Below are positions 10,401-20,100 of a stretch of DNA of 64,000 bases, piece after piece (within the stretch, counting starts at the first letter, position 1; each line of letters starts with the position of its first letter). Made by a program: the position numbers and the translations under genes. The stretch comes from Akkermansiaceae bacterium (GTDB lineage Bacteria > Verrucomicrobiota > Verrucomicrobiia > Verrucomicrobiales > Akkermansiaceae). Location of the stretch: NCBI GenBank assembly GCA_044239965.1, contig JBIIAI010000001.1, forward strand, positions 1,190 through 65,189. The letters are read 5' to 3'. The notes below the pieces were generated by a model. The model made no database searches. It had not been told where the DNA came from and saw only the letters and a list, made by a program, of their open reading frames with translations.

Positions 10401-11753
10401 CCGATGTTCATCGGGAAAAATGGTGGCACTACGGGCACGCTGAATCTATCGAGCGGAACTCTCAATGTTACAGCAAACTTCTATTTGGCTCGCGAAGCTA
10501 CATCGACAGGAACTGCGACGCAAACTGGAGGTTCTTCCACGATGGGTGGAACGGGTGAAGTATTCATCGGCGCTAACGGTTCAGGGACCTATACTCTAAG
10601 CGGTGGCACAATGGTAACCAATGGCTGGCTTGCGGTGGGGCGTTACATTGCCGGCGTGGGTGTTCTGAACGTCTCGGGCGGAACCTTTACCCATAACTCT
10701 ACGGATCGTAACTTTATGGTCGGAGAGGAAGGCAATGGCACGTTGAATGTTTCGAATACAGGTGTGGTCGATTCGAGAGGGTTCTTCAGCATCGGCCACG
10801 CTGGTTCAGGAACTGGTGTTGTCAATCTGAATGGGGGCAAGCTGATGGTGAATCAAGTGGATTCGGGTAATGCCGCATCGAGCAGTGCTTTCAACTTCAA
10901 TGGTGGTGAGCTGGAAGCGAAGCGCAATGAAGTGAACTTCTTCCGCAATATTGATAATGCCGTCATTTTGTCGGGTGGCGCTTTCATTGACAGCAATGGT
11001 TTTGATATTGTTGCTGCACAAGCATTCTCTGGCGAGGGTAATCTCACGAAGCAGGGTAATGGTAAATTGACGCTGTCGGCTTTCCATTCCTACACGGGTG
11101 ACACCATTGTTTCTGCAGGAACATTGTCGCTGAGTCAGGATTACCTAGACAACGCATCCGATGTGGTGATTGCTACGGGTGCGACCCTAGAGCTGACACA
11201 CAATCAGACTGATGTGGTGGAAACGCTGACGATCAATGGAGTCGCAGTCACTGGTGAATGGGGTGCAGTCGGTTCTGGTGCACAGAACGAGTCCGCCTCG
11301 ATTACCGGAAGTGGAAGATTGCGCGTGGGTGCTGCTCTGCCATACATTGATTGGGCAGAGGGCAAGGCCTTGGATAATAGCAACAATGGCTTAGGTGCAG
11401 ATCCTGATGCTGACGGTATCGCCAACTTGCTGGAGTATTTCCTCGATGGAGATCCGAAGTTCTCGGATGCTACGATATTGCCTTCTGTGGCAGACAGCAC
11501 TGCAACGGATTTCGTGATGAAATTCAAGCGTCGTGATGATGCCAATGGTGATGTGACTGTGCAAAAATTCCAGTATGGTTCCGACCTAACAACTTGGAGT
11601 GATTTGTCGATTCCTGCTGCTGCTGGAACCTACAATGTAGGCGCTGTGACAATCACGGTAGCGGCCAATGGCGCGAATCCAGATGATATCACCGTAAGCG
11701 TGCCGAAGGGCGCAAACACCACAATGTTCGGACGCATTTCGGTGGAAGATTAA
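7413..11753 (+). CDS. giant secreted autotransporter-associated beta-strand (PATR) repeat protein with a C-terminal DxDxDG module
   Basis: 1446 aa. Signal-peptide-like N-terminus MKLKKSLIYSFVASAVTLQYSATA. It has many G-G-T-x beta-helix repeats and PATR units such as VTKTGAGVLSLTGASSYAGDNVLSAGTLNL and LTKQGNGKLTLSAFHSYTGDTIVSAGTLSL. The C-terminal module begins DPDADGIANLLEYFLDGDP at nt 11400. Confidence 0.85.
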   Translation: MKLKKSLIYSFVASAVTLQYSATAVDIVWNGSVSQDINVGGNWNGGIVPPGAGAPADGDALVNVATGNFPSVTAGESFANRDWKIGMGPGNAGRLDQNAGTISTANGSWIFLGTDGANGTYNLADSSASGGTLTGMAQGTGSATCGDMYVGVGGYPWAANTNPANRGVGTLRLNTTGSLAATGLVNIARNGEGTMLIDSGTFSCNELWIGQGASATGITSISGGAIVTNNWTIIGRESGNGTLNMTGGSLTKNGGGRFVVADNATGAMNMSAGTVSVNDEFWVGQGGSSNGIVTQSGGTISCNSWIAIGRDGGTGVYNMTGGTFNKTGGGSNFIVGASGPGTMTMSGNSLLNVSGGITWIGENNAATFTMSAGSNAEVRTAQFVMGTYGGGNANVNLSGGTLKTGLIDGGDGTANVTFNGTQVIATATALPFISDLDTAVVDAGGLKIDSAGFNLASAQAFSGTGGVTKTGAGVLSLTGASSYAGDNVLSAGTLNLTTAFTGGGALSVSGNTTLGVKVNSLDEGIVPSAVTLSSADPKTINLSLATGGNPSSSGAPIRTTGALDVSGVTTINVAATGLTVGQFPLIAYGSKTGSGSFQLGTLPPGVVATIVDTGTSIDLNITSASSYEWEGTVAGQVWDVNTTANWYNAVTAATAQVYVDGGLVTFNNTATGYDPVLNVAVAPSSTVFNHDAINSYSLTGTGSIGGIGSLKKQGGGTLTMGLVNTYTGATILEGGTLTVDALANGGIASAIGASSASSNNLVFAGGTLDYTGPATSINRGYTVDAATDLILSTLSIDNDLTLSGQVTMTSVGRFQKTGAGVLTLTYPGANVLAMTGDNDATPGYVISQGGLVLAGAGAQTNAITGQFRLGTTASNTTALTLDSSTLTVNGPSMASLGDDTISTITIGGTAVYQSNGRFNVAYGANSVANVIVEGSGMLNKVAGWLSVGNSSNAAGFMTVKENGVVNNSNGDFNVSDVGTSSGTLTIEGAGTVNSSGPMFIGKNGGTTGTLNLSSGTLNVTANFYLAREATSTGTATQTGGSSTMGGTGEVFIGANGSGTYTLSGGTMVTNGWLAVGRYIAGVGVLNVSGGTFTHNSTDRNFMVGEEGNGTLNVSNTGVVDSRGFFSIGHAGSGTGVVNLNGGKLMVNQVDSGNAASSSAFNFNGGELEAKRNEVNFFRNIDNAVILSGGAFIDSNGFDIVAAQAFSGEGNLTKQGNGKLTLSAFHSYTGDTIVSAGTLSLSQDYLDNASDVVIATGATLELTHNQTDVVETLTINGVAVTGEWGAVGSGAQNESASITGSGRLRVGAALPYIDWAEGKALDNSNNGLGADPDADGIANLLEYFLDGDPKFSDATILPSVADSTATDFVMKFKRRDDANGDVTVQKFQYGSDLTTWSDLSIPAAAGTYNVGAVTITVAANGANPDDITVSVPKGANTTMFGRISVED

Positions 11754-11780
11754 TTTTTCTGAGAAACCAAAAACAAACGC

Positions 11781-11820
11781 ACCTGCCACAATGCCTTCTT
11801 GCGCGTTGTGGCAGGTTTAT
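11781..11820 (+). terminator. rho-independent terminator after the 1446-aa gene
   Basis: A perfect 11-bp stem, ACCTGCCACAA (11781-11791) paired with TTGTGGCAGGT (11806-11816), with a 14-nt loop, followed by TTAT. It starts 28 nt after the stop codon. Confidence 0.6.
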
Positions 11821-11844
11821 GTATAGGAGTGAGCAACGTGACGT

Positions 11845-13344
11845 ATGAGTGAACAGATTCAGAGTATCTTGGTTTTGGGTGGTGGCAGTGCAGGCTTGAT
11901 TGCTGCGATCTCGCTGAAGCGAAAAATTCCTCATGTGAACGTGACTTTGTTGCGCAGTTCGGACATTGGAATCATTGGTGTGGGAGAGGGGACTACGCCG
12001 AATTTTCCCGCGCACATGTTTGATTATCTGGGCATCAAACGAAAAACGTTTTTTGCGATCGCCAAGCCGACGTGGAAACTCGGCATCCGCTTTTTGTGGG
12101 GCAAACGTGGACGATTTGACTACACCTTTGATCGTCAGATGGATCATCAGTTTGCCGACTTATCGATGCCGAGCGGGTACTATTGCGATGAGGACTTTTC
12201 GTGCGCAAGTTATCCAGCGGCCTTGATGCGACATGACAAGGTATTTCCGCGTCAGGAAAACGGATGTCCTGATGTCAAGGGTTGGCATGCGTTTCACATT
12301 GAGAATGAAAATTTGGTCGATCTGTTAGAGCGGGTGGCGCGCGAGATTGGAGTCGATTTTGTGGAGGGGAAATTGCAGGGTGCTGAGGCGGCAGCGGATG
12401 GGAAATTGCGGTCAATTTTGTTAGAGGATGATAGAAAGTTGACTGCTGATTTTTTTGTCGATGCGAGTGGTTTCCGTAGCGAGTTGTTAGGTGGATTCTA
12501 TCAAGAGGAATTTGTTTCCTTTCGCAATTCGCTCTTCTGTGATCGGGCGGTGGCTGGCGGATGGAAGCGGACTAATGAACCAATTTTGCCCTACACCACG
12601 GCCGAGACGATGAATGCAGGTTGGGCGTGGCAGATCGAACATGAGCACCATATCAATCGGGGTTATGTGTATTCTTCGGAGTCGATTTCTGATGAGCAAG
12701 CGGTGGAAGAATTTTGTCGAAAAAACCCGCTTGCTCCGCGTGAGCCGCGCTTGATCAAGTTCCGCTCAGGATACTATCGTAGGCAGTGGCGAGAAAATGT
12801 GGTGGCGATCGGCAATGCTGGTGGATTCGTGGAGCCGCTGGAGGCTACGGCTTTGATGATTGTTTGTGGCAATGTGCAGATGCTGGTGGAGATGCTGCAA
12901 CGCAGTTATCTTCAGCCATCGCCGACGATGCGCAGTTTGTTCAATCGGATGGCGGAAAAAACGTGGCTAGATATCCGCGATTTTTTGGCGCTGCATTATA
13001 AGTTTAACACATTGGTTGATACGGAGTTCTGGCGGCGTTGTCATGAGCAGACAGATGTGAGTGGGATTCAAGATCTCATTGACTACTACCGTGAAAATGG
13101 GCCGACGGGATTTTGTCGGTATTTGCTCTCGGGCACACAGAATGATTTCGGCTTGGAAGGATACTTAGTGATGTTGGTTGGCATGGGTGTGCCCTATGAC
13201 CGTCAATCCAAACTTTCGGAAGCGGAGCGACTGCGATGGCTGCAATACCAGCGGAACTTTTCCAGCCAGGCGATGCAGGCGATGGATGTCAAAGAAGCTC
13301 TGGGCTATGTGCACCATCCGCAATGGCAATGGAATGGCGATTGA
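11845..13344 (+). CDS. flavin-dependent tryptophan-halogenase-family protein (paralog 2)
   Basis: 499 aa and colinear with paralog 1, roughly two thirds identical by eye. It shares GGGSAGLIAA, GVGEGTTPNF, TWKLGIRF, GWAWQIEHEH (12622-12639) and GNAGGFVEPLEATAL. Confidence 0.85.
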   Translation: MSEQIQSILVLGGGSAGLIAAISLKRKIPHVNVTLLRSSDIGIIGVGEGTTPNFPAHMFDYLGIKRKTFFAIAKPTWKLGIRFLWGKRGRFDYTFDRQMDHQFADLSMPSGYYCDEDFSCASYPAALMRHDKVFPRQENGCPDVKGWHAFHIENENLVDLLERVAREIGVDFVEGKLQGAEAAADGKLRSILLEDDRKLTADFFVDASGFRSELLGGFYQEEFVSFRNSLFCDRAVAGGWKRTNEPILPYTTAETMNAGWAWQIEHEHHINRGYVYSSESISDEQAVEEFCRKNPLAPREPRLIKFRSGYYRRQWRENVVAIGNAGGFVEPLEATALMIVCGNVQMLVEMLQRSYLQPSPTMRSLFNRMAEKTWLDIRDFLALHYKFNTLVDTEFWRRCHEQTDVSGIQDLIDYYRENGPTGFCRYLLSGTQNDFGLEGYLVMLVGMGVPYDRQSKLSEAERLRWLQYQRNFSSQAMQAMDVKEALGYVHHPQWQWNGD

Positions 13345-13348
13345 TCTT

Positions 13349-14113
13349 TCAGTGCTCCGTCATCCGGTAGCGCTGGCGATATTGCAGCGGAGTCTCGCCC
13401 ATTTCGCGGCGAAACAATTGCACAAACGAGCTAGCATCGGCAAAGCCGCAGCTTTGTGAGACGGTGGCAATTTTCTCGTCGTTCTGGCTGAGCATGCGGC
13501 AAGCAGCGCTCATGCGAGTTTTGAGGATGAATGCTTGTGGGCTACAGGCGAAGGCTTGATTGAAACGGCGGAGAAATTGGCGCTCGGACAGCCCAACAGT
13601 TTTGGCAAGATCAGTGACGTTGATTTTTTCGCGAAAGGAGGAGCGGATGATCTCGACGGCCTTGTCGATAAGCAGATAAGGCGTGATGATTTCCTTGGCT
13701 CCGGTGTAGCTCTGGGTGGTGCCCATGAGGCCGATGGCTTGCCCATTGACGTCGAGGATGGGGAATTTATTGGTGATATACCAATCAGGAATGCCGTGTC
13801 GATTGAAAAACAGCTCGACGATCTGGACCTTGGGGCATTTGCTGAGCATGACTTCTTTGTCATCGGCGCGAAAATGCTCGGCCATGTGAATGGGGAAAAA
13901 ATCGAAGTCCGTTTTGCCGAGCATTTGCTCCTCTTTGGTGTAGCCAAGTCGCTCGTAGAAGGATCGACTTCCTGCGAGCAATATGGAATCGAGGCTTTTG
14001 ACGAAAAAAGTGATTCCGGGAAGATTGTCGAAAAGCATTGTCAACATGCTGTGCTGTGTCAACGCGCTCAACACTTGCTCCTTTAGGGCTAGGAGTGATG
14101 TGTCGGATTTCAT
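13349..14113 (-). CDS. AraC-family transcriptional regulator with an N-terminal PAS-like sensor domain
   Basis: 254 aa. The C-terminal part has the typical AraC double HTH (INVTDLAKTVGLSERQFLRRFNQAFACSPQAFILKTRMSAACRMLSQNDEKIATVSQSCGFADASSFVQLFRREMGETPLQYRQ). The N-terminal roughly 130 aa is PAS-like (GITFFVKSLDS...DFDFFPIHMAEHFRADDKEVM...). Confidence 0.85.
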   Translation of the reverse strand: MKSDTSLLALKEQVLSALTQHSMLTMLFDNLPGITFFVKSLDSILLAGSRSFYERLGYTKEEQMLGKTDFDFFPIHMAEHFRADDKEVMLSKCPKVQIVELFFNRHGIPDWYITNKFPILDVNGQAIGLMGTTQSYTGAKEIITPYLLIDKAVEIIRSSFREKINVTDLAKTVGLSERQFLRRFNQAFACSPQAFILKTRMSAACRMLSQNDEKIATVSQSCGFADASSFVQLFRREMGETPLQYRQRYRMTEH

Positions 14114-14185
14114 ATAAAAAAAGACATAGCGTGTGAGCTAAGTCTTGTCCACAGTAATCGTTACCCAAAACCACTGAAACCCATT

Positions 14186-17100
14186 ATGAAAAAGAATTCC
14201 CGTAATATTCTGCTGGCTGCGCTTTTGCTCGGACAATCCCAAGCCGCATCTCTCTACTGGGATGGTGGTAATGGTAACTGGCTCAACAATGCTGCTTGGT
14301 CCACGGATTCTGCGGCGATCACTCCAGATCCAGTGGTGGCTCCCGTAGCAGCGGACGATGCATTTTTTAACATCAGCACAGCGAATCTTGCCTCAACAGT
14401 AACCTTGAATGGGAACTATGCAGCAAGGTCTTTGACCTTTACAAATACAGCGGCGACGAATCTCTCTGCCGACGGCATAAACCGCGCCCTCAGCGTTGGT
14501 GCTGGCGGTATGACGATGGCATCGGGTGCAGGCACAGCGACGATAGGCAGTGCCACGACTAACCAAAACGTTCCTGTGACCTTTACTGCGTCACAAACAT
14601 GGGTGAACAATTCGACGAACAACATCGTATTAGCGAACATTTTCGCCACGAGCGCTGCGGTGAATATCACCAAGCAAGGAACTGGGAATGTATGGTACTC
14701 CAATACGGGCGGAGCCACGATTAGTGGGAACTTGGACATTCAAGCAGGCAAGTTGCTGGTTTCTGGCGACTTGACTTGGAACGGTGTGCTCAGCGGTGCT
14801 GGGACTTTGGAAAATGGTGGTCCTAGCAGCAAATGGATATTCCAACGGGGCGCGGGAGACTCGGTGTTCTCGGGCTCGATCAAAGATCAATCACCGACAG
14901 TCCGTCTGGGCTTTGTTAAAGGCAACAATGAGGGCACATTGACGATGTCCGGCGCTAATCAATTGGGTGATCGTTTTGCCGTGGAGCGTGGCACGGTTCG
15001 TTTGACGGGATCAATTGCAGCAGGGTTTGCTGCGGGTACGGGCGGCAACATGGTAATTGTTGGCAATACGGCTAGCGTCAACGCACGGTTGCTAGTGGAA
15101 GGTGGAACATTGAGCTCGGCTCGGACGGGAGATATCGCGGTAGACATTGGAACTGCTGCGAACGCCAATGGTTTGGTGAGCATGACATCGGGCACGATTA
15201 CCTCAGGAAATGCCTATGGCATTGGTCGGGCGGGCTATGGTGCACATGTACAAACCAGTGGCTCACTTACCTCGGGCAGCTGGCTTGTGGTTGGGGCGAA
15301 TGCTGGTCGCGGAGTCTTGAGTCAATCGGGTGGAACGATCACGGTCACCGCGAACCGTATGACGGTGGGAGCTGGTTCGAATGCATCGATCGGTGTTGTC
15401 AATCTTTCGGGCGGATCCTTTACCGCGAACGCCGGTATTTTCCTCGGTGAAAACGGCAGGGGGATTCTCAATATTTCAGGAACGCACTCCTACAGCACAG
15501 GTGCCGCGGGAACGACCCAGTTTGCAGGCAATGCATCATCGCTAGAAGGTCACTTGAACCTGAATGGCGGCACGATGGCGACGAATTCGATCACCAAAGG
15601 TGCTAGCACGGGCACGGGGATCTATCGCTTCAATTTCAATGGTGGTAAATTGAAGGCAACAGCCAATTCGGCGAACTTTTTTAGTGATTTAGCGCTGACG
15701 GATGCCTATGTCAATGCGGGCGGCGGCACCATTGACAATAGTGGTTTCGGCATCACACTGACGGAAGCCTTGAAGGCTCCGACTGGAAATGGTGTATCGG
15801 CCACGGGCCTTGCGACAACGGGTGGCGGCCTGATTGGCACACCGGTTGTCACGATTACTGGCGGCGGCGGCACAGGTGCCACGGCGGTTGCTAACATCGA
15901 TGGCTCAGGAAATCTCACGGGAATCACGATGACCAATCCTGGCATTGGTTATACCTCTGCGCCGACCTTCGCACTCTCAGGTGGTGGCTTTGGAAGCACC
16001 GGCGCTATTACCGGTGCTGCAACCCTAGTTGCCAATACCTCGGGCGCAATGACCTTTGAGGGCACAGGCACGACGACAATCAAATCCGCATTTACCTATA
16101 CAGGCGGCACGACACTCGCAGCTGGTAAGTTGGATTGGAATTTCACCAGTGGCGCGAGTCTGGGTGCTTTAACAATTGCTGATTCGGCGGCACTGCTGGT
16201 GACACCTCCGGTGAAAGGCAATACCTTTACGGTCACGAATGCTACCTTTGGCTCCTCAGGCGCCACATCTCTTACCGCGAACGTGGGTGATCAGGTTGGT
16301 GTTAACATCACTGCAGCACCGTTGAATGTGACGGGTAATCTTTCCTTGAATAGCAATCTCACGATCAACGTTGCAGGCACGAAGTTTGCTGTTGGTGTAT
16401 TGCCTCTGGTTTCCTATGCTGCTAAGTCTGGCAGCGGTTCACTCACCTTGGGCACAGTGCCATCGGGTGTTGTTGCGACCTTGGTTGATAATGGTAGCGG
16501 TTTGATTTATCTCAACATCACGCAAGTGGCTCTTCCTCGTTGGGATGGCACGGTGGACACGATTTGGGATACCACTACGGCAAACTGGGTGGATCAGGTG
16601 CTGAACACAGCGTCCGTTTATGTCGATCCCAATCCGGTAATGTTTGATGACTTGGCAACGGGTGTTGGAGGCACGACGGTCACCTTGAACAGCACGGTAG
16701 CACCGAAGGAGGTGATTTACAATAACACCACTGCGAAACCTTACACCTTGAGTGGCTCTGGGAAAATTTCTGGCTCTGGTACATTGACCAAGCGCAATAC
16801 GGGAACGGCGACGATTTCCGGAATCTTGAACGACTATACTGGCGTCACTCGCATCGAGGGTGGAACCTTGAGTGTCGACGTAATCTCCAATGGTGGTGTT
16901 GCAAGTCCTCTCGGTGCAGCGACATCTGCTTCGTCCAACTTAGTGCTTGCTGGTGGCACTTTGACCTACACAGGAGCAACAACTACGACAGATCGTGGTT
17001 TCTTGATCGACGCGAACAATTCGATCTTCAATACGGCCAATGATCTCACTGTCACAGGCACAGTAAGTTCGGGCTTAGTAGCCAACTTCAACAAAGCCGG

Positions 17101-20100
17101 CGCAGGAAAATTGACCATTGCCGGTGTGGGCTCCAATACGATTGGTTCCGTTGGCGCAGTGAACCGCGTTTCTGCGGGCACCTTGGCATTTGACGGCACT
17201 TCTGGTGCGCAAACAAATACGGTTCTGGCAGAATTGTGGGTCGCAGAAACACCCGATGTTCCTGCTAAGCTCAGTTTGCTTAACACTAGTGTCACGATGC
17301 CAGGCTGGTTGGCCGTGGGACGTGGCAATGGCGACAATGGGGTTTGCAACATTGACCTGATCAATTCCTCCTTGAGCGTAGGAAATTTCAGTACTGGTTT
17401 CAACAACGGCTTAGCCAACAATGCATCCGAAACGTTTATCGTCCAAAACAATTCAACGTTCACCAATACGGGGACTACGAACGTCGCAGAAAGCAATGCT
17501 AGCGCCGCGACATGGGAGATGATCAATGGCTCGGTTTACACTGCGGGTAATACTCTCAACATTGGCGGCGTGGGAACAGCTACTGGTGTGATTACGGTGA
17601 AAGATACCAGTTCGATCATCAAAAATGGTGCTGGCACCATGGTGATTGGCAATGCTGGTATCGGCACATTGAATCTTGAAAATTCTGCGACACTCACGGT
17701 GGGCAATAACGAAACGTACATCGGCAACGCAGGTGCCACGACGCAAGGTTTCCTGAATGTGAAAGATAATGCCACAGTGAACTTTGGCGCCACGACATTC
17801 GTCGGCAAAAGCGATGTGGCAGGCACAGGTTTCTCACAAGGAACACTCAATCAAACGGGTGGCACGGTGAATGCCGCGACTTGGTTGGTGGTTGGCCGAT
17901 ATGTCGGTGCGCAAGGTTTTTACAATATCAGCGCAGGCACAACCAATCAGGTGGGAGCGGCGCAAGCGATGATCATCGGAGAAGCTGGCGCGGGCACTCT
18001 AACCGTATCGGGTGCTGGCGTTTTGAATGTGCAGGGTAGTTTCCTTTCCATTGCGAAACTTTCTACTGCTGTTGGCACGGTCAATCTCAATGGCGGTTCG
18101 ATTTCTGCGAAGCGAGTGATCGAAGAAGCCGCCGGCGGCACAAGTACACTGAACTTCAATGGTGGTGTTCTCAAAGCTACTGCGGCATCGGCTGACTTCG
18201 TCTCGGTTGATACCGTAGATGTAAAAACGGGTGGTGCGATTTTTGACAGCAATGGTTTTGACATCACCGTGCTAGAGGATCTGGCCGGTGTGGGTGGCGT
18301 CACCAAGCAAGGAGCGGGGACGTTGCAGCTTTCTGGTGCACTTACGTATGTTGGAGCCACGACAGTCAATGGTGGCACGCTAGCTCTTGGTTCTGCGACG
18401 GACCTGCCTGCGGCAACTAATCTTGCAATCAACAACGGAACCTTTGATGTGCGTAACGGTTCATCGAGTCGTCTCGCTACAGTTGCAGATCTCAGCCTTG
18501 ATGGCGCTACTTTGAGCTTTGGCGGAAATGGCACCAGCACAGACAAACTCACTGCTACTGGAGCGGTAACAACGAGTGGTAGCAATACGATTAAACTAAC
18601 AGGTGTGCTCGATAACGGTACTTACACGTTGATCGAGGCTTCAGCTCCACTTTCTGGCAGCTTCACGCTGGATACCAGTGCATTACCGCCGAGCTTTACC
18701 AATTACGTCGGCAGTGTTTCCGGAAATACTTACATTGTCACCGTGACTGGTTCTCCCGTTCCAGGTGAGGCTTATTGGATGGGTGACATCAGTGCGGTTT
18801 GGAACACGACTGCTTCTGCTCCAAACAGCAACTGGGCCACTTCTGCAGCTGGCACCACAGATGCCAATCAAATGCCCGGAGCGATTACCGATGTGTATTT
18901 CTCTGCGACTGGCGCGACAAATACCACTACTACCCTTGGTGCTGATTCGACAATCAACAGCCTGACGTTTAGCAGCGGCGCGGCATCAATCGGTGGAGCG
19001 AATGCGCTGACAATCAATGCCACGAATCCGAATTCCTATGGATTGGAAGTGGCAAGTGGTGCCAGTGTGACGATAGCGCTTTCGAATTTGATTTATGCAA
19101 ATGACACCAAAGTGAATGCAGGTGGCACACTTACCGTCACGGGAAGTAGCCTCGGTAGCGCGACGGAAGGTTCGCTCTATCTTGATGGTGTCTTGAATGT
19201 GGACAGCAATCTAGCAAAAGCTGAACTCAATGGTGCTGGAACGGTGAGACGCAGTGTTGCTGGTCTCAGCATCCTTACCATTGGTGGAGGTTTCGATTCT
19301 GCCTTCAGCGGTCTGATCGAGAACGGGACAGGTACACTAATTCTCACAAAAGCTGGCAATGGTAAACTGACCCTCTCCGGTGCAAATACCTACACGGGTG
19401 GCACGAACCTGCAAGCGGGTGGCTTGGAAATCGGCAATGCGGCAGCTCTCGGAACGGGCTCGCTCACTCTCTCGGGTGGCACGCTCTACAATGGAACAGG
19501 TTCAGCATTGAATCTTAGCAATCCAGTGGTTCTGGGTGGTGCTTGGACCTTCGACGGTCCAGACAATCTCACATTGTCGGGTGCTAAGACATCGTTCTCT
19601 CAGCCCATAGTCAATGTGCTGAGTGGTGAGTTAACTCTGCCTGGCGTCATTGCTGGTGACTATGGACTCATTAAAAACGGCGATGGAGTTTTGAATGTCA
19701 CGGGTACTGTAACGAGCGCTGCGACCAATGCACTTGGTGTTATTTCATTTGCGGATGGAATCACCAACTCAAGCGCTACCTTGAATTCAACAGGTGCGGA
19801 AATTTGGGTGGGCAACGGCGCAGGAAATAATGCTACGATGAACATGTCGGGCGGCGCGATCAATTGCGTCAATTGGCTGGCCATTGGTCGCAGTGGTGGC
19901 AGTGGCACACTTAACATGCTTGGAGGTTCGATCACCAAGACAACGATTACGGGCAATATCGTTATTTCCGGTGGTAGCGCATCGGGACAGACGGGCTTGC
20001 TGAACCAGAGTGGTGGAACGGTAACGAATCTGGATAGCCAAACATGGGTTGGTGAATCTGGCACTGGAACGTATACCATCAGTGGTAGTGCTGTTGCTGA

